64,000 bases of DNA, from the NCBI GenBank assembly GCA_046329785.1, contig JAXLTZ010000016.1, positions 599 to 64,598 of the forward strand, given 5' to 3'. Origin of the DNA: Chitinophagales bacterium. GTDB taxonomy: Bacteria > Bacteroidota > Bacteroidia > Chitinophagales > JADIYW01. The notes below the pieces were generated by a model. It saw only the letters and a program-made list of their open reading frames with translations, was not told where the DNA came from and did no database searches. Of this stretch, positions 1 to 7,561 are shown one piece after another; the stretch's first letter is position 1; each line of letters starts with the position of its first letter. The translations under genes and the position numbers were made by a program.

Positions 1-2
1 AT

Positions 3-3000
3 CCAGAAGACAGTTACTCGCAGCCAATTTATAAAAAAGGCGACAATATTTATTTTGGTGGAAGAAGTGTAGCACCAAATTTCATAGCAGATAAATTTGG
101 ACAAAATCTGCCGGAAGGCGGCTTTGTAGCGTATTTAGCCGGAACAGACTACATGAGTATTTCAAAGCAAGCACCAGTTCCGCTTATACCTTTCATTGAT
201 GATGATAAGAAGGTATTTGATTACGATGCAGCAGTACCACCGACAGCATCACAAGATCCGCATACCTACATTTCTTATGCTGAGTTCAAAGATATTCCGG
301 TTGGCACCTATATTATTCGACTGGCAAGCCATTGGTGTACATTTGGCGATAAATTAGGTAAAGGAAATTTTTACGACCTTGATAATGGTAAAAAATATCA
401 ATTAACATCTACCAACCTCAGAAGTGTTGGCGGCAATGCTGCACTCAGAGAATATGTTGTGACTGTAACGGATGGAATGAATATCGATATGCCAATTTTT
501 GAAATTGAAGATTGTGCAGCAGATATAGGTGGCTCAATAGCAGGATTAAACGCACGAGCTTTAATTCAGGGATATTTCATTGACAGCACCACCGCAAGCC
601 AATCTTCATTAAAAGAAGGCACTCGCGTGGAATCTGCAATAGTTGAATACCACAAGGCGGAAACTGCTGTAATATCAGCCAACCGTTGTACAAATACAAA
701 TTTTGTCAATAGCAGAACAACCGATCATAATGGATATTCTTTTTCTCAGGTGACGACAAATGTAACATTGGAAGATCACTACAAAATGCTTGTCAGAAAA
801 ATCTATCCAAGTGGTACCGGAAATTTCTTATGGAACGCGCAGCATCTATGGGAAGGAAATCTCGGTCAATTAGAAGCAGAAACACTTACAGATCGAGTAA
901 ATTGTAATGTTGATGTTTCTAATAAAACTTACCGAGATTTTATTTATCCTATTCAGGTAGTGGATGGCAAAAGCAATATTCAAAATAATTATCGTACACA
1001 CATAACGGCTAGGGTTGTAGATGGAAATGGTGTACCTTTAAAAAATGTAAAGGTGCTTGTTACAGAAACAAGCCGTATGGATATTACGGATGTCAATGGA
1101 CTATTTAATATTCTTGTATATACAAATAATAATAGAGGCAGAAGAATTGGTAAAATTATACTGTTCGATGATGAGTGTTGCTTTTTTTCAAAGGTAATAA
1201 ACTTTGATATTCAGCTAAGCAGCACCGACTACAACAATACGGTTGCCTATGATTTAGGTGATATTGTAGTGAATGCTTGCGATGAAAATAAAACACTAAC
1301 ATTCTATCTTAAAAATGGCGGAGTATATACCTTTGGCGGTACATTAATGGACAGGGCAAACAGAAAAACAACTGTAATATCTAAACTGGATAAGCACACT
1401 ATTCGCTTACCATTTACCACCGAAAATATTCAGGATTATTTACCGCAAATTACATCTGATGCAGATGGTAATCCAATAACACCTACTACAAAAGCGGATG
1501 GATATTTTTCGGTAACAATGATCATAAAAAGTTTGCCTACCATTTGGTGTACACATTTCTATCCGATGCGCACCGAAGATCAGGTGTATGCAGAATATTT
1601 ACAATTTATTGTTTCGGATGTTAAGTATGTAGTAAAGTACGATGAAACCACTACAAGTGGCGTTACTACGCAAACACCTCAAACAACTACTTATAATGCA
1701 CAGGATGCTAATGAAATTTATCTTGATCTTGGTACCTCGTTTATTGAATACAATAAACGAAATTCTGAAAGCAACAAAGGATGGACATTTCAGCGCGGCG
1801 ACAGATTAAGATTCCTATATAAAGTAGATGGCTCGCTTCGTGAATTCCTGGAAGTAGAAATTAAAGATCAGCGCGGCAATGAATTTGTGATTCCATATAT
1901 TGAAACGTCTGAGATTTTTAAAGGTGAAGTGGTCGAAGTATTCAGACTCAAAACAAAAAGAGAAAAACAATTCTTGTACGAAATAGCTGAGTATATAAAG
2001 GTTATTGATCCGTACACTGCAGCGCGTAGATGGAATTCCACTACCATTGAATTAAATACCGGTGATGCGTATCGCAGAACAAGACGAATGGTTGCCAAAA
2101 ACGCAGCAAGTACAGAAATCAAACTTAGAAACATTGAAGATCCAACACCGAGTGAATACACAACAGTAAAAGATAATGATATCGGAAGACCGGATTTTGT
2201 AAACGACAACAACAGGCAGCTTCGCAGAAAATCAGTTGGCAGATTTGGTGGTAAATATCTACCGCAAAGTTTAATTAATAATATGCATTCATTTAATGCT
2301 GAAGATGAATTTGCTACCAGTGAAGATGATGGTGCTATTACGATATTGGAAGAATTTGATGATGTGGTTTTTGTGGCTCAGTGGGATAAGTGCCATACAA
2401 GATTAATCAATAAGCAAAGCGCAACACTTGGTGATGGACAAAATATAATATTGAATGCGAATCGTTTTATCAGCGATGCTTATCCGCTTAGTTTAATGGC
2501 TGGTTGCCGTAATCCGGAAAGTCATGCAAAATCATCAACAGGATTAAAATTCTTCGATAGCTATCGCGGTATGATTGTACAATACTCAAAGCAAGCCGGA
2601 CTTGCTAATGTAAGTGGTTTTGATGATCGATATTCCAAATCAAAATTGCAAGATAATTTCTTCTTGCCACTTGCCGAAATCTATAAAACCATAGATAGCA
2701 GTGTATATCATCTTGTCAGCAGATGCTATGGAGTAATGGACAAGAGCGAAAATAAAGAATACACATTAACTATAAAAAATATCGATCTGAAAAATGGTGA
2801 CAGTTTAGCAAAGTATAATGGAACAGGTAGCCATTCAAACATTGGTGTAAATGATGCGCAGTTTGCTACTTATGGAAACTATAACCAAGACACTAAGATT
2901 GAAGAAACTAGTATCACATACAGCGATAAATACAACTTATGGCATGGATTCCGAAGCTATACACCTGAAATGTGGGGTGAACTGAATAATAATTACATTG

Positions 3001-3428
3001 GATTTATTGGCGGACAATTATGGCTGATGGAAAAGGGTATAGATTATGGAGTTTTCTTCGGAGTAGAAGCTGAGCAAATCTTAGAACCAATATTCAACTT
3101 AAATCCAAGTGATCTAAAATCATTTTTAAACTGGAACCTTGAAACAAACGAGAAATGGAGCAACCCTGATGTAGAAATATATAATTTACGAGCGTTCAGA
3201 GAAATAAAAAGCAGAACACCTGATGCGTTTATCAAGCAAATGAATGGCGGTTTTTACGCACCGTTTTTGATGGACACCAATACACCAAATGTTACTAATC
3301 CATTATTGAATGGAAATAAATTAACCGGCGAAACATTGAAAATGCGAATATCTAATAACAGCAGAAAGCATGTGTTATTGTATGCGATAAATATTTATGC
3401 GCAATACATGCCGAGAACCAATTTTTAA
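3..3428 (+). CDS. Large virion fibre / receptor-binding-type structural protein, 5'-truncated by the window edge
   Basis: The frame of the listed 153..3428 ORF stays open back to nt 3 (PEDSYSQPIYKKGDNIYFGG...), so the true start lies left of the window. The protein exceeds 1140 aa. RVVDGNGVPLKNVKVLVTETSRMDITDVNGLFNILVY (nt ~1009-1119) resembles a carboxypeptidase-regulatory-like beta-sandwich. Function is inferred from size and context. Confidence 0.6.
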   Translation, partial: PEDSYSQPIYKKGDNIYFGGRSVAPNFIADKFGQNLPEGGFVAYLAGTDYMSISKQAPVPLIPFIDDDKKVFDYDAAVPPTASQDPHTYISYAEFKDIPVGTYIIRLASHWCTFGDKLGKGNFYDLDNGKKYQLTSTNLRSVGGNAALREYVVTVTDGMNIDMPIFEIEDCAADIGGSIAGLNARALIQGYFIDSTTASQSSLKEGTRVESAIVEYHKAETAVISANRCTNTNFVNSRTTDHNGYSFSQVTTNVTLEDHYKMLVRKIYPSGTGNFLWNAQHLWEGNLGQLEAETLTDRVNCNVDVSNKTYRDFIYPIQVVDGKSNIQNNYRTHITARVVDGNGVPLKNVKVLVTETSRMDITDVNGLFNILVYTNNNRGRRIGKIILFDDECCFFSKVINFDIQLSSTDYNNTVAYDLGDIVVNACDENKTLTFYLKNGGVYTFGGTLMDRANRKTTVISKLDKHTIRLPFTTENIQDYLPQITSDADGNPITPTTKADGYFSVTMIIKSLPTIWCTHFYPMRTEDQVYAEYLQFIVSDVKYVVKYDETTTSGVTTQTPQTTTYNAQDANEIYLDLGTSFIEYNKRNSESNKGWTFQRGDRLRFLYKVDGSLREFLEVEIKDQRGNEFVIPYIETSEIFKGEVVEVFRLKTKREKQFLYEIAEYIKVIDPYTAARRWNSTTIELNTGDAYRRTRRMVAKNAASTEIKLRNIEDPTPSEYTTVKDNDIGRPDFVNDNNRQLRRKSVGRFGGKYLPQSLINNMHSFNAEDEFATSEDDGAITILEEFDDVVFVAQWDKCHTRLINKQSATLGDGQNIILNANRFISDAYPLSLMAGCRNPESHAKSSTGLKFFDSYRGMIVQYSKQAGLANVSGFDDRYSKSKLQDNFFLPLAEIYKTIDSSVYHLVSRCYGVMDKSENKEYTLTIKNIDLKNGDSLAKYNGTGSHSNIGVNDAQFATYGNYNQDTKIEETSITYSDKYNLWHGFRSYTPEMWGELNNNYIGFIGGQLWLMEKGIDYGVFFGVEAEQILEPIFNLNPSDLKSFLNWNLETNEKWSNPDVEIYNLRAFREIKSRTPDAFIKQMNGGFYAPFLMDTNTPNVTNPLLNGNKLTGETLKMRISNNSRKHVLLYAINIYAQYMPRTNF

Positions 3429-3700
3429 TGGCAAGTATAAATAATTGAATCACCGCTAGCCATCGTATCATTTGGATATGATATTTTTAAGCTATCCAAC
3501 CAATGACAATAGGTAAATACTTGCTTATACGGATCACTTAGCCAATCGTCATAACCTGCGGTTTGAATGTTGGTTTTGGTATCACGATCATAAATTATCC
3601 ATTTACAATCATTACAATCACCGGAAGACCTATTGCTGTTTTTGGTACATGAAATAAAAATAGTTGTTATAACAACTATTGTATGGACAAATCTTTTCAT
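3425..3700 (-). CDS. Small Cys-rich lipoprotein (start moved to Met14 of the listed ORF)
   Basis: MKRFVHTIVVITTIFISCTK is a signal peptide plus lipobox Cys. Its stop codon overlaps the stop of the convergent fibre gene (3425-3428). Confidence 0.55.
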   Translation of the reverse strand: MKRFVHTIVVITTIFISCTKNSNRSSGDCNDCKWIIYDRDTKTNIQTAGYDDWLSDPYKQVFTYCHWLDSLKISYPNDTMASGDSIIYTCH

Positions 3701-3776
3701 AAGTAATTTTATATAAATATAACAAAAAAGCACTGACATTGCTGCCAGTGCTTTTAGAAAATTATAATTTTTTTTA

Positions 3777-4052
3777 TTAAAATGTAGCTGCTTTCACCGC
3801 CCACATTGCCGCTTCTTCATAAGCAGTTTGCGCAAGGGCAAGACATCTGAATTTTTCACCTGCATTTGTCGTCAATGCTTCCGCAGAAGCATTTTCTGGT
3901 TTAGTAGCTTCATCATTTCTCAATGCCTGACAAAGGTCAATTAAGTCTGCTTATTTTTGTTTGATAGTATCTACTATACTATCATTTGATGGATTGAAAG
4001 ACGCACGGACTCTTTTTTGTCCGAGAGTTTGTGGTGTTGTTCCTGTGTTCAT
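3777..4052 (-). pseudogene. Small conserved phage protein (about 91 aa) interrupted by an in-frame TAA at codon 34
   Basis: My manual translation: MNTGTTPQTLGQKRVRASFNPSNDSIVDTIKQK-TAA(3951-3953)-ADLIDLCQALRNDEATKPENASAEALTTNAGEKFRCLALAQTAYEEAAMWAVKAATF-stop. Both halves are under 60 aa, so neither appears in the ORF track. Confidence 0.6.
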
Positions 4053-4093
4053 AAAATAAAATTTTAAATTGTTATAAATATATAGTTGCCTTG

Positions 4094-4348
4094 TTAGGAT
4101 GTTAATTTGTTGCTCTCATATTTACCATACACATCTGCAATCAAAAATTTGCCAATAGAAACTGCATCATCAGCACGTTCATAAACAGATGGCGGCACAT
4201 TGAAATATTCGTATTCTTTGCCGTTGTGAAATTCAACGTGAAGAATTTTCTTTGAATCGTCATAGGTAACTTTCGATACGGTACTGCTAGTTTTGATGTG
4301 TGGTTGATGCGGATCTGATTCTTTAAGGTAATTTTTTGCATGTATCAT
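4094..4348 (-). CDS. KTSC-domain protein
   Basis: VSKVTYDDSKKILHVEFHNGKEYEYFNVPPSVYERADDAVSIGKFL matches the KTSC-domain pattern (x-Y-D-x-L-x-V-x-F-x-G-x-Y-x-Y-x-V-P) as I recall it. Confidence 0.65.
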   Translation of the reverse strand: MIHAKNYLKESDPHQPHIKTSSTVSKVTYDDSKKILHVEFHNGKEYEYFNVPPSVYERADDAVSIGKFLIADVYGKYESNKLTS

Positions 4349-4404
4349 TGTATTGGTTTTAGTTGTTTGTAAATTTCCTCTGTTAAAAATGTTTTTTTCA
4401 TAAA

Positions 4405-4779
4405 TTATTGTAGTTTAATTAAACGAAATTCAATTCTCGGATTATTTTTGTCTATAAATTTCTCTGCAATCAACTTTATGCAGTTGTTATCATTTTTTAT
4501 CGCTTTAACTTTCTGCAAACAATCCAAAATTATTTTAAGTGCATTATCTAAATCTGCACGATTGCTTTCATTAAACACACGAAGTTCCATTTCAAATAAT
4601 CCTGTAATATTTACGTTTCTGTATTTATTACATTGTAGGTAAAATGACTTTTCATAATCAGTTAAAACTTTAGTTTTTGCTAATGAAGCATGTTTGCCGA
4701 GTTTTATAACTTTGTAACAATTACTTTTGCTCGGGCATCTACCAACTATCACCTGCAAATCAAACTGTTCATTCTTCAT
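4405..4779 (-). CDS. rusA: RusA-like Holliday-junction resolvase
   Basis: PSKSNCYKV near the N-terminus and ADLDNALKIILDCLQKVKAIKNDNNCI parallel the E. coli RusA PPSNNRYY and DLDNLQKAAFDAL...DD blocks. The 124-aa size fits. Confidence 0.6.
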   Translation of the reverse strand: MKNEQFDLQVIVGRCPSKSNCYKVIKLGKHASLAKTKVLTDYEKSFYLQCNKYRNVNITGLFEMELRVFNESNRADLDNALKIILDCLQKVKAIKNDNNCIKLIAEKFIDKNNPRIEFRLIKLQ

Positions 4780-4781
4780 AT

Positions 4782-5234
4782 TTATTGATTTTCTTCTAAT
4801 CTTCTCGTATGCTCATCAATAGCCGAATAATCAGTATTGTCACGAACTTCATCTGGCATCGTATTAATGTTTTTGATTTTAGAAGACCATTGTATTTTCT
4901 GATTCTTCTGAGAATTTGCAAGCGCAATTGTGTTCTTGATAACCCACTCGGTATTTACAGTTCCGGCAGGATTCAATTTATGGTTCAATGAAAGTTTAAT
5001 TCTTCCAATATAGCTTTGCAGAATTGGATTAGGTTTTCCATTAACACGTTTGAATAATACTTCTTTGGTGATTTTCTTTTGCTTGTCGGTAAGTACGGAG
5101 TTATTGATCTCTAATTCATGCGCATATAAATGATATGCGAGATCCTTGTATCCGTTGCGCAATCCTTTGATAGATTTCCTTACATCGGCAAACAATTGTT
5201 TATCATAATTTGCAAAACCTGTATCTGCTTTCAT
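4782..5234 (-). CDS. Hypothetical protein (start moved to Met6, MKADTGF)
   Basis: Long ORF abutting the duplicated promoter element. Starting at 5249 would overlap that element. Confidence 0.55.
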   Translation of the reverse strand: MKADTGFANYDKQLFADVRKSIKGLRNGYKDLAYHLYAHELEINNSVLTDKQKKITKEVLFKRVNGKPNPILQSYIGRIKLSLNHKLNPAGTVNTEWVIKNTIALANSQKNQKIQWSSKIKNINTMPDEVRDNTDYSAIDEHTRRLEENQ

Positions 5235-5244
5235 AGTAAAAAGT

Positions 5245-5284
5245 ATCACAAATATACCAAAAGTATCAAAAATATACTATCTTT
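5245..5284. promoter_or_regulatory. Divergent promoter element, copy A of a 40-bp perfect repeat
   Basis: atcacaaatataccaaaagtatcaaaaatatactatcttt is identical to 21187..21226. On the minus strand it contains three TAnnTTTG boxes (TATTTTTG, TACTTTTG, TATATTTG). On the plus strand it has TATCTTTA 39 nt before the ATG at 5323. Confidence 0.6.
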
Positions 5285-5322
5285 ATCGTATTAAATATTC
5301 AGAATACTAAATCTCTTTCAAA

Positions 5323-6126
5323 ATGGGAGCACCAATAGCACAAATAATCGGCGCAATAGTAGGTGGAATTGGTGATTGGATGAAAATTGGCATAGGTGCC
5401 AAGCAGATGAAAGAAGGCAAGCAACTTGCCAAAGAATTGGAAGGCAAGCGACCGGTTTTAGATTTACCTCAAGCATTTAAAGAAAAAGAAGGCTATTTGC
5501 GCAATGCTGCAATTGCCAACTCAATGCCAGGTCAAACCCAAATGGAGCAACAAGTTGAAGGTAACACCGCCAATCAACTACGAAGTATTCAAGATAGTGC
5601 TGGCAGTGGCATTCAGGCTTTAACGGCTGCACTTGTTGCTAATAACAATCAAAATAAATTACTGAACCAAATTGGAGTAGAATCGGCGCAATATCAACAG
5701 CAGAATAAATCAAACCTATACGGTTTATTAGGTGATAAAGCCAATCTACAACAAAAAATGTGGGAGTTTAATGTATTGCAGCCATACCTCGAAAAAGCGC
5801 AACAAGCAAAGGCATTGAAAGAAGCAGGTCCTCAAAATATTATCACTGGATTAAAAGACAAAGGCGAATCTATTTCTTCGTTTGGTAGTCCAGGTGGCGA
5901 AAGCAAAGGCGCACAAAGCGCACAATTTAATGGTGGAACCGGTGGCAGTGCGCAAAGGACTGCAGCAACCGGAGTAGGTGGTAATGCGCAATCACAAGGA
6001 ACATTTCAACCGGAAAACGCGCAAATGTTTTATTCGCTATACAATAGTGGCATCAATCCATTCGATAGCAATGGTAAGCAAATCAACAATAACAATACAA
6101 GCGGCGGTTATAATTGGCGGTTTTAA
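5323..6126 (+). CDS. Gly/Gln-rich virion-associated protein (function unknown)
   Basis: ORF with a hydrophobic Gly-rich N-terminus (MGAPIAQIIGAIVGGIGDW) and a Q/N/G-rich C-terminus. It is the first gene of the rightward virion block. Confidence 0.6.
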   Translation: MGAPIAQIIGAIVGGIGDWMKIGIGAKQMKEGKQLAKELEGKRPVLDLPQAFKEKEGYLRNAAIANSMPGQTQMEQQVEGNTANQLRSIQDSAGSGIQALTAALVANNNQNKLLNQIGVESAQYQQQNKSNLYGLLGDKANLQQKMWEFNVLQPYLEKAQQAKALKEAGPQNIITGLKDKGESISSFGSPGGESKGAQSAQFNGGTGGSAQRTAATGVGGNAQSQGTFQPENAQMFYSLYNSGINPFDSNGKQINNNNTSGGYNWRF

Positions 6127-6136
6127 ATAAAGAATA

Positions 6137-7561
6137 ATGAGTTACGGTGATGCAATAGCAAGTACATCAAAAGCCGGTGAAGGCGATGCGGTCATTTTTA
6201 AGCATGACGGTCAGGGTATTTCTCAAAATGTTCGGAATTGGTATAATAAGGATGGTGGTCAGCGACAAGCGCAGGCATTACAAAAGCAGAAGTTTTCATA
6301 CAACAATCAAGCATCATTCTACAAGAATCTTCAAGACATTAAGGCTAAAATTTGGGATGCTGATCTTGATGAGATTAATACAAAAATCAATGATGATATT
6401 ATAAAATATGCAATAGATCAGCAAAAAAAAGGCATTGATGTATTCAGCGATCCGCAATCAATGGTTGAATTAAACGGTAAACTAGGACAGTTGTCTGCAC
6501 TAGCAAACGCGTCTAAGTCAGCACAAACCATACATGACAACACATTTAAACAAGGTATTGCAGATGATTGGAAAAATTATGATGATGCAAAATCATACAG
6601 CGAGTTAGAAGCCTATAAAAACCTACCAATTGCGCAACGTGCATTAGTGAATCCTAAATTGCAATTACGCGATTTTAATCCGGAAGAATACATCAATAAA
6701 AATATTTCACCACTATTATTGAAAGACTTGCAGCCACTTAAAGGCAAGGTATATAATGATGAAGAAAGTAAAACACAGTCCGAAGAAATTCAGAATGGTA
6801 TTATTGATGGCTACAAGTTGATGGTGAAAGAGCAACTATTATCGACAGGCAGAGTAACATTGGAAGATGCTGAAATAATTGCAACTAATTGGGCGGACAA
6901 ACAAAAAGCGGCTGCATTTTACAATCCTACAAATGCAAATAAGTTGGCTTTTGAAAAACAGAAACACGACGACATGATGGCGCACCGTGCTAAGCAGCTA
7001 GCGTTTGCTAAACAAAAACATGAAGACGAGAAAAAATATAATACACCAATTCCAACCTATGTAACAGAAACTATGGTTGGATTAGCAAATGGAAGTGTTA
7101 CGAAGAATAAATTTTATGGTGTTCCGGTTGTCGATCCGGTAGATGATGGCAAGGGTGGCATGATAAAGAATCCGGTATATGGCAATGTGTCTTCAACAGA
7201 CAACGGTAAATCTTTGGTGTTTGAAGTCTTGGATAAAGATTCAGGCAAGAAAGTAAGTAGCGTTAAAATACCGGTGTATAACAACAATGGTGATGTTGTA
7301 GTAAGTGGTACTAATGTTTGGCAAAATATCAACGATGATGCAACAGCAAATGGAATCAGCTATGGTACTGAATTCAAATCAAATACGAAAACATACGACA
7401 ATCCAACGCCTGATTATAAAAAATTGGAAAAACCAACTACCAAAACGGCACCAAAGGCATCACAAAAAACTGTGGTAAAGAAAGGATATAATTCTAAAAC
7501 CAACCAAACGCAATTTATTTATAGCGATGGTACTAAAGAAATAGTAAATGGCAAACGATAG
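6137..7561 (+). CDS. Hypothetical virion-block protein
   Basis: 474-aa ORF whose end overlaps the start of the giant gene by 14 nt. Confidence 0.65.
   Translation: MSYGDAIASTSKAGEGDAVIFKHDGQGISQNVRNWYNKDGGQRQAQALQKQKFSYNNQASFYKNLQDIKAKIWDADLDEINTKINDDIIKYAIDQQKKGIDVFSDPQSMVELNGKLGQLSALANASKSAQTIHDNTFKQGIADDWKNYDDAKSYSELEAYKNLPIAQRALVNPKLQLRDFNPEEYINKNISPLLLKDLQPLKGKVYNDEESKTQSEEIQNGIIDGYKLMVKEQLLSTGRVTLEDAEIIATNWADKQKAAAFYNPTNANKLAFEKQKHDDMMAHRAKQLAFAKQKHEDEKKYNTPIPTYVTETMVGLANGSVTKNKFYGVPVVDPVDDGKGGMIKNPVYGNVSSTDNGKSLVFEVLDKDSGKKVSSVKIPVYNNNGDVVVSGTNVWQNINDDATANGISYGTEFKSNTKTYDNPTPDYKKLEKPTTKTAPKASQKTVVKKGYNSKTNQTQFIYSDGTKEIVNGKR

Noticed and set aside
3951-3953. Possibility that the in-frame TAA reflects stop-codon reassignment, as in some recoded phages.
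   Set aside because: Most other genes in the window terminate with TAA at positions consistent with tight gene packing. Long ORFs are not otherwise broken by in-frame stops. A single isolated case argues for a mutation, an error or local readthrough.
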